From assembly GCA_964585665.1 (NCBI GenBank), contig CAZPEY010000231.1:1-9228 (forward strand): DNA of 9,228 nt. The letters run 5' to 3'. The DNA is from an uncultured Polyangiaceae bacterium. Lineage in GTDB: Bacteria > Myxococcota_A > Polyangia > Palsa-1104. The notes beneath the pieces were generated by a model, which was not told where the DNA came from, ran no database searches, and worked only from the letters and a program-made list of their open reading frames with translations. This document shows, piece by piece, positions 1 to 6,644 of this stretch (within the stretch, counting starts at the first letter, position 1; every line of letters starts with the position of its first letter). The translations under genes and the position numbers were made by a program.

Positions 1-135
1 CCCGCCACGGCCGCGAACCCGACCCAGCCCGCGCCACAGCCCGCCGCTCCGGCTCCCGCGGCGCAACCGGCGGCCGCGCCCCGCGAGGAGAGCGGCGAGG
101 CGGCCAGCCGCTTCTCGTTCCTCGAGGTCGACTGA
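1..135 (+). CDS. 3' end of an upstream CDS, 5'-truncated by the window edge. Pro/Ala/Gln-rich low-complexity linker ending ...PREESGEAASRFSFLEVD*
   Basis: Frame 1 is open from base 1 to TGA at 133..135. Codon third positions are strongly G/C-biased. The next gene starts at GTG 137, 1 nt after the stop, which suggests an operon. Confidence 0.55.
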   Translation, partial: PATAANPTQPAPQPAAPAPAAQPAAAPREESGEAASRFSFLEVD

Positions 136-136
136 G

Positions 137-559
137 GTGAGCGCGGCAGTCGCCCGTCGGTACTTCCTGCGTGGCCGAGACGCGCTGCGCGCCGGCGACA
201 ACGATCAAGCGGCGCAGAACTTTGCCGCGGCGCTCGAGCTGTTCCCCGACTACGTCGAGGCGCGAGTCGGGCACTCGGTGGTTCTTGCCCTGACCGATCC
301 GCCGCGTGCTGCCAACGTGCTGCGCTACGGCCTCAGTCGCGTGACGCGGCCGAGCGCCCGGGCGCAGCTCTCCTGCGCTCTCGGCGACGTCCTCGTCGCC
401 GCCGGGGACTTCCTCGGCGCCGAGGCGGCCTACGGCGAGGCGGTGGCGATCGGTGGCAACCTGCCCAACCTCATCCACTCGCGCCTCGCGCGCCTGCACG
501 CCAAGATGGGCCACTACAAGCAGGCCTTCGACTCGTTGCTCGCCGCATCGCGCGGGTAG
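137..559 (+). CDS. Small TPR-like repeat protein (140 aa)
   Basis: GTG start 1 nt after the upstream stop, with GAGG at 124..127 as a possible SD. Helical-repeat signatures are present: GDNDQAAQNFAAALELFPDYVEA, GDFLGAEAAYGEAVAIG, HAKMGHYKQAFDSLLAA. High GC3. The overlapping 453..959 ORF is Arg/Pro-rich junk. Confidence 0.7.
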   Translation: MSAAVARRYFLRGRDALRAGDNDQAAQNFAAALELFPDYVEARVGHSVVLALTDPPRAANVLRYGLSRVTRPSARAQLSCALGDVLVAAGDFLGAEAAYGEAVAIGGNLPNLIHSRLARLHAKMGHYKQAFDSLLAASRG

Positions 560-570
560 GAGAGCTCTCC

Positions 571-1383
571 GTGGATCTGGGCGATCTCGACACGCAGCAG
601 AAGATCGACGCCCTGCGCGGAGTGCTGGCTGGGGAGGACGGCGATGCGCTGTTCGAGGCAGCGCGCCGCGCCCTCATCGCCGCGGAGTTTCGTGCCGTCG
701 ACGGCATGATCGGTCTGCCGCCCGCCGACGAGGAGCTGACCGAGCAGATGCGCGAGCTAGCCCACGCCGCGCTCGACAAGGCCGCCGCCGTCGGGCACAT
801 CGACGCCGGGGTCGACGTTGCCAACCGAATCTACTTCTCCCGGGACAGCGACCGCGCCGGCCAGGCGCTTGCCTACGCGACCCGCGCCAGCGACGATCCG
901 CGCGCGCTGTACCTGCTCGGCCTGTTCCACTACGTCGGATTTGGCTGCCCCAAGGATGAAGTCAAGAGTCTTGACTATCATCGCCAGGCGGCGGCGCGCG
1001 GCGAGGCCGACGCGATGTTCGAGCTCTATGTGTTCTTGAGCAAGGGCATCGGCACCGACCGCGACGACGCGCAGGCGCTCGACTGGTGCCGCCGCGCTGC
1101 CGACGCAGGATCGGCGCGCGCCATGGCCAACCTGGGCGGCTTCTACGCGACGGGCAGCGGGGTCGCCAAGGACCCGGCCCAGGCGCTCGCCTGGTACGAG
1201 AAGGCCGCGGAGGCCGGCTCGGGCCGCGCTGCCGCGACGCTCGGGGTGATGTTCGCGCTCGGCGACTCGGTCGAGGCCGATGACGACAAGGCGCGTCAGT
1301 ACTTCGCGCTCGCCGGCGACCTCGGCTACCCGTGGGACGACCTGGCCGCGCAGTGCGGCCTCGATCCCGACGCCTACTGCTGA
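571..1383 (+). CDS. Sel1-like repeat (SLR, TPR-related) protein, 270 aa
   Basis: GTG 571 is preceded by AGGAGA at 558..563 with a 7-nt spacer. The C-terminal two thirds carry about 4-5 tandem ~36-aa Sel1 signatures: LYLLGLFHYVGFGCPKDEVKSLDYHRQAAARGEADAMFELYVFL, GIGTDRDDAQALDWCRRAADAGSARAMANLGGFY, GSGVAKDPAQALAWYEKAAEAGSGRAAATLGVMF, GDSVEADDDKARQYFALAGDLGY. Confidence 0.8.
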   Translation: MDLGDLDTQQKIDALRGVLAGEDGDALFEAARRALIAAEFRAVDGMIGLPPADEELTEQMRELAHAALDKAAAVGHIDAGVDVANRIYFSRDSDRAGQALAYATRASDDPRALYLLGLFHYVGFGCPKDEVKSLDYHRQAAARGEADAMFELYVFLSKGIGTDRDDAQALDWCRRAADAGSARAMANLGGFYATGSGVAKDPAQALAWYEKAAEAGSGRAAATLGVMFALGDSVEADDDKARQYFALAGDLGYPWDDLAAQCGLDPDAYC

Positions 1384-1433
1384 TCGGCGGATCGTCGCGG
1401 GAACTTTTGCCCTTGCGATGCGTCCAAAGGGGC

Positions 1434-2099
1434 ATGCGCTTCTGGTCCGCCTTGCTCGCCGCGACGCTCTTCATCGTGCTTGGCGTGGGCTTCGTCACCG
1501 TCGAGATGCCGAGGTGGACGCTCGCCGCTGCTGAGGCGAAGTGGCGCTACGAGATCCAGCCCGGCGACATCCTGTTCCAGGACCTCGACTGCGGACCGCG
1601 CTGCGAGCTGATTCGCGCGGTGACCAAGAGCCGCTACACGCACACGGGCATCGTCCTCGAGGAGCGCGGCGAGCGCGTCGTCTGGGAGGCCTACGGCCCG
1701 GTCGGTCCGACGCCGCTTGCCGAGTGGCTGCGCCGCGGCGTCGAAGGCAAGATCGCGATCTACAAGCTTCGGCCGTCGCTGCAGACCAAGCTCCCGCTCA
1801 TCGCCGCCGAGGTGCGCGCGCTGCGCGGCTTGCCGTATGACGCGAACTATCAGTGGGACGACGCCAATATCTACTGCAGCGAGCTCATCGCCAAGGCGGT
1901 GAATCGGGCCGCGGAGCGCGGCGTGTTCATCCCGCGTCCCGTCGGAGATCTAGGGGGCAACGAGGCGCTGGTCGCGCAGTGGAGCAGCGGCACGATCAGC
2001 GCCCGGACGCTGGTGGTCTCGCCGCACGACCTGGTGCGCTCGGGCGTGCTGGCGCGGGTCGTCGACGAGCTCCAACCGACGGTGGCCGCGCAGCGCTGA
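1434..2099 (+). CDS. Membrane-anchored or secreted permuted papain-like (NlpC/P60 superfamily, YiiX/YaeF C92-like) putative amidase, 221 aa
   Basis: The ORF track starts at 1332, but that start overlaps the Sel1 gene and encodes Arg-rich sequence. ATG 1434 gives MRFWSALLAATLFIVLGVGFVTV, a signal or anchor helix. TTG 1407 and 1413 are alternative starts. Order of motifs is GDILFQD, then RYTHTGIV (His), then NIYCSELIAKA (Cys). His before Cys is the permuted order of the C92/DUF830 family. The family call is from motif memory. Confidence 0.65.
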   Translation: MRFWSALLAATLFIVLGVGFVTVEMPRWTLAAAEAKWRYEIQPGDILFQDLDCGPRCELIRAVTKSRYTHTGIVLEERGERVVWEAYGPVGPTPLAEWLRRGVEGKIAIYKLRPSLQTKLPLIAAEVRALRGLPYDANYQWDDANIYCSELIAKAVNRAAERGVFIPRPVGDLGGNEALVAQWSSGTISARTLVVSPHDLVRSGVLARVVDELQPTVAAQR

Positions 2100-2105
2100 G
2101 CGCGC

Positions 2106-2837
2106 CTAGTTCTCGTGGACGCGAACGAGGAGCGCCGTCGTGTTGTCGACGCCGCCGTTGGAGAGCGCGGCGCGGATGAGGGCCTCGGCGCACTCCTCGA
2201 TCGGCCCCTCCGCTCCGTCGAGCATGATCTCCTTGAGCATCCAGTCTTCGATCATGTCGGTCAGGCCGTCCGAGCAGAGCAGGTAGAGGTCGCCTGGCTC
2301 CATCGCGATGGCGCGGTGGTCGACCTCGACGCTGTCGCGCAGGCCGACGGCGCGGACGATGACGTTCGAGTTGGGCGGGCCGAAGCGCGCCGCGAGCTCG
2401 GGGTTGTCCTCGTACAGGTTGATGAGCGAGTGGTCGCGCGTCACCTGCTCGAGCTGGCCGCCGCGCAGGCGGTAGATGCGGCTGTCGCCGACGTGCGACA
2501 TGTGCAGGACGTCGCCGTCGCGGCGCATCGCGACGACGGTGGTGCCCATGTTGTGGAGCTCGGGGTCGCTCTTGGCCTTGTTGAAGACCGCGGCGTTGGC
2601 GTGCTTGATGGCGCGCACGATGATGTCTGCCTCGTCGCCGGGGTCGCCGCCCTGCGCCACCGAGTCTGCGAGCGTCGCCACGGCCAGCTGTGAGGCGACC
2701 TGGCCACCGACGTGCCCACCCATCCCATCGCAGACGACGTAGAGCCCGAGCTGCGGGTCGACGAGGAGCGAGTCTTCGTTCTTGTCGCGAACCAAACCGA
2801 CGTCGGTCTTACCTGCGGAGTCGATCCAAAAGGCCAT
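2106..2837 (-). CDS. PP2C-family (PPM) Ser/Thr protein phosphatase, 243 aa
   Basis: Canonical PPM motifs in order: GLVRDKNEDS, YVVCDGMGGHVGG, HVGDSRIY, LLCSDGLTD, GGVDNTTALLV. Size and architecture match standalone bacterial Stp/PrpC-type phosphatases. Its stop is 6 nt from the stop of the convergent 1434..2099 gene. Confidence 0.92.
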   Translation of the reverse strand: MAFWIDSAGKTDVGLVRDKNEDSLLVDPQLGLYVVCDGMGGHVGGQVASQLAVATLADSVAQGGDPGDEADIIVRAIKHANAAVFNKAKSDPELHNMGTTVVAMRRDGDVLHMSHVGDSRIYRLRGGQLEQVTRDHSLINLYEDNPELAARFGPPNSNVIVRAVGLRDSVEVDHRAIAMEPGDLYLLCSDGLTDMIEDWMLKEIMLDGAEGPIEECAEALIRAALSNGGVDNTTALLVRVHEN

Positions 2838-2987
2838 GAGGGACTTTTACGTTAGAACCTCTCTCGAAAGGCGTCAACCGACGAACGCGCCGTTGGCGGC
2901 ATCACATTGTGGCGCGACGCGGACGTGAGCCGCTCTCAAGCGCATTTTGCTGCAGTCGTCGCTGGGCACGCTAGACTAGGGACTTCG
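2838..2987. promoter_or_regulatory. Divergent intergenic region expected to carry promoters for the PP2C gene (-) and the radical-SAM/kinase genes (+)
   Basis: 150 bp between divergent start codons, and visibly lower in GC than flanking DNA. Candidate sigma70-like elements are TTGCTG at 2947..2952 and TAGACT at 2972..2977, but the 19-nt spacer is long. AGGGA at 2978..2982 is an SD 5 nt before ATG 2988. No promoter is proven. Confidence 0.35.
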
Positions 2988-3824
2988 ATGGTCAGCCTTG
3001 GCGTCCTCTCCCTCCACCTCGACGGTGCGCCATGTCGCGTAGGCTGCGAGTTCTGCTACCTCGGGGCGCGCCAGGGCAGCGCAGCGGATGGCCGAGCGGC
3101 GCCTTCGTCCCAGGTGCTCATCGAGCTGGTCGACCAGCTCGTATATGACGAGCTGGCGATCGCGCTCTCCGAGCCGGTGGAGCCCCACCTGTCCGCCGTC
3201 GCTGCGCTGTTCGAGGTGGCGCGCCGTCGCGGCAAGCGCACGACGGTGACCACGACGATGCAGGTGGCCGGCACGCACCGCGCGGCGCTGGTCGGCCTCG
3301 ATCGGCTCAACCTCTCCGTCGATCCGCGGAAGGGGCGCGTGTTGCCGGACCGCATCGACCAGCTGGCGCGCCTGCTCAAGCAGGACACGCCGTCCCTCGA
3401 CGTCGTGTTGCTGCCGACGCTGGTGACGCCTGAGTTCGCCGACTGGCTCGTCCAAGGCGGCGGGCTGGAGCTGCTCCTCGCGCTGCCGTCCGTCGACAAG
3501 ATCGCCTTGTCCGCGCTCAAGCCTCCGCCGCCGTGGTGCGATCGCGCGTTCTGGATGCGCACCCTGCGCACGCTCGATCCGCTGCTCAAGCTTCACCTCG
3601 ACCGTCGGCTGTTTCTCGACTGCTACGTCGCGGCGCGCTGGCTCGGGCTCGGCGGCTGCCCGGCCCGGGCCGATCTGTCACCCGACGGAGACGGCTGGGC
3701 GTTTCGTGGCTGCGTCTACCAGCCGCGCGCCGACGCGATCGTCGTCTCGCCTGCGAGCCTGACCCGGCTCGTGGACGAGCTTCGACGCTTCGAGGCACCC
3801 AGGGCCTGCCCGTTTCCGACGTAG
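2988..3824 (+). CDS. Small divergent radical-SAM domain protein with a Cys-containing twitch/SPASM-like C-terminal segment, 278 aa
   Basis: CxxxCxxC motif CRVGCEFCY at 3033..3056, placed near the N-terminus as in radical-SAM enzymes. The GGEP-like position is degenerate (IALSEP). The C-terminus reads GGCPARADLSPDGDGWAFRGCVYQP (3657..3713), which resembles the pdGdv.pC beta-hairpin of SPASM/twitch domains. I prefer ATG 2988 to TTG 2907. By hand count, GC3 is about 59% over 2907..2987 and about 84% just after 2988, and AGGGA is a suitable SD. Confidence 0.7.
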   Translation: MVSLGVLSLHLDGAPCRVGCEFCYLGARQGSAADGRAAPSSQVLIELVDQLVYDELAIALSEPVEPHLSAVAALFEVARRRGKRTTVTTTMQVAGTHRAALVGLDRLNLSVDPRKGRVLPDRIDQLARLLKQDTPSLDVVLLPTLVTPEFADWLVQGGGLELLLALPSVDKIALSALKPPPPWCDRAFWMRTLRTLDPLLKLHLDRRLFLDCYVAARWLGLGGCPARADLSPDGDGWAFRGCVYQPRADAIVVSPASLTRLVDELRRFEAPRACPFPT

Positions 3825-3847
3825 GCACCGCGTTCGCGCATTCCTTT

Positions 3848-3879
3848 CCGCTTCGCCGCGCGATATTCTACGCGAGCGG
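3848..3879 (+). promoter_or_regulatory. Imperfect inverted repeat (candidate RNA hairpin) ending 2 nt before the kinase start codon
   Basis: CCGCT-t-CGC at 3848..3856 can pair with GCG-AGCGG at 3872..3879. That gives 8 bp with one bulged T and a 15-nt A/T-richer loop (CGCGCGATATTCTAC). No U-tract follows. The 3' arm covers the position where an SD for GTG 3882 would lie. Confidence 0.25.
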
Positions 3880-3881
3880 CA

Positions 3882-6620
3882 GTGCGCAAAGACGGCCCAG
3901 ACCTCGACGCGGACAGCGAAGACGAGACGCTCCAGCTCTCGGGGGACGACTCTAGCGCCGGCGCTGGGGTCCTGCCCAACGGCTCGCTCATCGGGCGCTA
4001 CGTCGTGCTCGGCACCCTCGGCAAGGGAGGAATGGGCGTCGTCTACCTCGCGTACGATCCCGAGCTCGATCGGCGGATCGCGCTCAAGATCCTCCGCTCC
4101 GTCGCGACGCGCGATGTCGAGGCGCGCGAGCGGCTGCTCGCAGAGGCCAAGGCGCTCGCCAAGCTGTCGCACCCGAACGTGGTCTCGGCGTTCGACGCGG
4201 GCTCGTGGGAGCAGTCGATCTACATCGCGATGGAGCTCGTCGAGGGCAAGACCCTCGCCGAGTGGCTCAAGGCCCAGCCGCGCAAGCAGCGCGAGGTGCT
4301 CGACGTGATGCTCGCCGCCGGGCGCGGGCTCGAAGCGGCCCACCGCGCCGGGATCGTCCATCGCGACATCAAGCCGCAGAACATCATCGTTGGCAGCGAC
4401 GGTAGAGTTCGGGTCATCGACTTCGGTATCGCGTGGCGCACGCGCGAGGTCGCCCCGCCGGAAGAGCGCAGCGCCGACGGCAAGCCCGTCTACGCCATCG
4501 CCGGCTCGCCCGGCTACATGCCGCCCGAGCAGTGTCGCGGCGAGCCGGTCGACGGCACCGCGGATCAGTTCGCCTTCTGCTCGACGCTGTATCTGGCGAT
4601 CTACGGCGTGCCCGCCTTCTCCCCGGAGTCGTGGTCGCAGCTTCAGTCGCAGATGGCCGAGCGGCGCTACAACAAGCCAGCCGAGCGGGTGCGTGTCGGT
4701 GCGTGGCTCGAGCGCATCATCGAGCGCGGGCTCTCGCCGAACAAGGTCGATCGGTTCCCGTCGATGACCGAGCTCCTGCTGGCGCTGGCGGCCGATCCGT
4801 GGCGCCGGTGGAAGCGGGTCGCGGTCGGCGGCGGTGTGGTGGCCAGCGTCGCCGTGGGCATGGCGCTGGCGCTCGCGTGGAGCGAGCGTCAGCAGCGGGT
4901 CTGCCTGGGCGCGAGCGACAAGCTCGTGGGGGTGTGGGACGCTGGTCGGCGCAGCGCCGTCGAGAAGGCCTTCACCGCCACCGGTAGACCGCACGCCCCC
5001 GCGACCTTCTCGCGCGTCGCCGCGTCGCTCGATCGCCTGATGGGCGAGTGGGTCGCGATGCGCACCGACGCCTGCGAGGCGACGCGGCGGCGAGGCGAGC
5101 AGTCCGAGGAGCTGCTCGATCTGCGCATGCACTGCCTCGATCGCGTGCTCGACGAGACGCGCGCCACCGTCAATGTCTTCGCGACGCTCGCGGACGCCGA
5201 GCTCGTCGACGACGCGGTGCGCGTCGTGGGGCGGCTCCCCGGGGTGCAGCGCTGCGCCAACACGACCGTGCTCAAGGCCGCCTATCCACTGCCGACCGAT
5301 CCGGACAAGGTGCTGCGGCTCGAGGCGCTGCGCCGTCGGATCGGCGAGGCGCGCGCTCTCGAGCGGGCCGGCAAGTACGCGCTCGGACTGCCGCTCGCCA
5401 AGGAGGTCTTGGCGGTGGCGCAGCAGGAGGGCTACCCGCCGCTCGAGGCGCAGGCGCTTGGCGTGCTGGCGACGCTGCAGGGTGCGAGCGGCGAGCTCAA
5501 GGCCGTCGAGGAGACGCTGCGGCTGACCCTCAAGAAGGCCGCCGAGGCGCGGGACGATGCGCTTCTCGCCGAGACGGCGATCTTCGAGCTCTACGTCACC
5601 GGACAGGCCGAGGAGCGCAGCAAGGAGGCCTTCGCGATGGAGCCTCTCGTCGACGCGCTGGTGGCACGGCTTCCCGACGACAAGGCGCTCGACGCACGCC
5701 GCCTCACCGCGCTTGGCTTGATGCGCCAGCGACTGGGCAAGTACCCCGAGGCGCAGCGCTACTTCGAGCAGGCGCTCGCCCTGCTGCAGAAGATCACGCC
5801 CACCGTGGACATGGAGGTCGCCGAGGCGCTCAACAACCTCGCCTCCGTCACGGATGATCAGGCGCACTCGGCCGAGGCGCTCAAGTTCTACGAGCAGGCC
5901 CTGGCGCTGCAGGAGAAGAGCCTCGGCGCCGATCATCCGCGGGTGGCGAGCGTGCTCAACAACATCGGCTTGGCGTTGCTCAGCCTCAACGAACCGGTCA
6001 AGGCCGAGGCGGCGCTGCGACGTGCGTTGACGATCTGGATCGCCACGTTCGGCGCCGAGCATCCCGAGGTCGCCCGGACCTACAACAACCTCGGTCTGGT
6101 GCTCGCCGAGAGCGGCAAGCTCCACGAGGCGCGGCTCGCCTACGACCGCTCCCTGGCGATCAAGGAGAAGCGGCTCGGTTCCAACCATCCCTCGGTGGCG
6201 GCGGTGCTCGAGGGGCTCGGCACGCTCGCCAACCAGGAGGGTAGGTTCAACGAGGGGCTGGCTCTCTGCAGCCGCGCCCAGGCGATCGTCGAGAAGGCGT
6301 ACGGCGGCGAGCACCCCAACCTGGCCTACTACCTGACGTGCAAGGGCGTGGCGGCGATCGGGCTACAGAAGAAGAGCGAGGCTGTGTCGTGGCTCGAGCA
6401 GGCGATGAAGCTGCGGGCCAAGAACCCAGCGGGGCCGGCCGACATGGCCACGACGCGCTTGGCGCTGGCGCGCGCGCTGCGCCTCGCGGGGCAGTCGGCG
6501 ACGCGCTGCAAGGAGCTGGCGACCCAGGCGCTCGTCGAGCTGCGCGGCGCCGGAGGGCGCGCCGACAAGATCGTCGAGGTCGAGCACTTCCTGGCCGAGC
6601 TCGAGGCGCGCGGCAAATAG
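3882..6620 (+). CDS. Hanks-type Ser/Thr protein kinase, single TM helix, long TPR (kinesin-light-chain-like TPR_10/12) array, 912 aa
   Basis: GTG 3882 is the first canonical start after an in-frame TAG at 3822. Kinase motifs: Gly loop GKGGMGVVY (from 4020), catalytic Lys in RIALKIL, HRDIKPQN (HRD at 4359..4367), DFG at 4419..4427, GSPGYMPPE. TM helix VAVGGGVVASVAVGMALALAW at about 4818..4880. The C-terminal half has tandem 42-aa repeats of the form ALNNLASV..EALKFYEQALALQEKSLGADHPRVASVLNNIGLALL..A.RRALTIWIATFGAEHPEVARTYNNLGLVL. Confidence 0.93.
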   Translation: MRKDGPDLDADSEDETLQLSGDDSSAGAGVLPNGSLIGRYVVLGTLGKGGMGVVYLAYDPELDRRIALKILRSVATRDVEARERLLAEAKALAKLSHPNVVSAFDAGSWEQSIYIAMELVEGKTLAEWLKAQPRKQREVLDVMLAAGRGLEAAHRAGIVHRDIKPQNIIVGSDGRVRVIDFGIAWRTREVAPPEERSADGKPVYAIAGSPGYMPPEQCRGEPVDGTADQFAFCSTLYLAIYGVPAFSPESWSQLQSQMAERRYNKPAERVRVGAWLERIIERGLSPNKVDRFPSMTELLLALAADPWRRWKRVAVGGGVVASVAVGMALALAWSERQQRVCLGASDKLVGVWDAGRRSAVEKAFTATGRPHAPATFSRVAASLDRLMGEWVAMRTDACEATRRRGEQSEELLDLRMHCLDRVLDETRATVNVFATLADAELVDDAVRVVGRLPGVQRCANTTVLKAAYPLPTDPDKVLRLEALRRRIGEARALERAGKYALGLPLAKEVLAVAQQEGYPPLEAQALGVLATLQGASGELKAVEETLRLTLKKAAEARDDALLAETAIFELYVTGQAEERSKEAFAMEPLVDALVARLPDDKALDARRLTALGLMRQRLGKYPEAQRYFEQALALLQKITPTVDMEVAEALNNLASVTDDQAHSAEALKFYEQALALQEKSLGADHPRVASVLNNIGLALLSLNEPVKAEAALRRALTIWIATFGAEHPEVARTYNNLGLVLAESGKLHEARLAYDRSLAIKEKRLGSNHPSVAAVLEGLGTLANQEGRFNEGLALCSRAQAIVEKAYGGEHPNLAYYLTCKGVAAIGLQKKSEAVSWLEQAMKLRAKNPAGPADMATTRLALARALRLAGQSATRCKELATQALVELRGAGGRADKIVEVEHFLAELEARGK

Positions 6621-6644
6621 TCAAGGACCTTGTCGATATGGAGG

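Noticed and set aside
1332-1433. Longer start (1332) for the YiiX-like gene given in the ORF track
   Set aside because: It would overlap the Sel1 gene by 52 nt. It adds an Arg-rich, non-protein-like N-terminus ahead of an obvious signal or anchor helix that begins at ATG 1434.
2087-2104. Short GC palindrome (CGCGC-agcgctga-GCGCG) spanning the stop codon between the convergent YiiX-like and PP2C genes, a possible bidirectional terminator
   Set aside because: The stem is only 5 bp and there is no T/U tract on either side. GC-rich palindromes of this size are common in this composition.
2909-2974. A 21-aa mini-ORF (GTG start; ARRGREPLSSAFCCSRRWAR) with a Cys-Cys pair just upstream of the radical-SAM gene, which could be a RiPP precursor
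   Set aside because: GC3 is about 57%, far below local coding DNA. There is no SD before the GTG, and it overlaps the candidate promoter and SD of the radical-SAM gene. Small open frames like this arise by chance. It would only merit attention if conserved in orthologous loci.
2839-2985. 8-nt direct repeat AGGGACTT at 2839..2846 and 2978..2985, each next to one of the two divergent start codons
   Set aside because: A single 8-mer match within 150 bp is not far from chance expectation, roughly 0.1-0.2 expected matches. The second copy is explained as the SD of the radical-SAM gene. There is no dyad symmetry to suggest an operator.
2907-2987. TTG 2907 as the start of the radical-SAM gene
   Set aside because: Third-position G+C is about 59% over this stretch and about 84% just downstream of ATG 2988. 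ATG 2988 has an AGGGA SD at correct spacing. The extension would also consume most of the divergent promoter region. It is not fully excluded.
3678-6314. An 878-aa ORF on the - strand, the second-longest ORF in the window
   Set aside because: It lies fully antisense to the well-supported kinase/TPR gene. Its product is Arg/Leu/Gly/Ala/Glu-rich low complexity with no recognisable motif. It is a typical shadow ORF of high-GC DNA, where stop codons are rare on the antisense strand.
5800-6330. Recurrent DNA motifs such as CTCAACAACCTCG, CTCAACAACATCGG and TACAACAACCTCGG
   Set aside because: They encode the conserved LNNL/YNNLG positions of successive TPR units in the kinase. They are intragenic protein repeats, not mobile or regulatory repeats.
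6621-6644. The 24-bp gap between the convergent kinase and membrane-protein genes, checked for a terminator (CAAGGaCCTTG palindrome at 6622..6632)
   Set aside because: The loop would be 1-3 nt with a 4-5 bp stem, and no U-tract follows. This is not a credible intrinsic terminator. Termination signals, if present, must lie inside the opposing coding regions or be factor-dependent.
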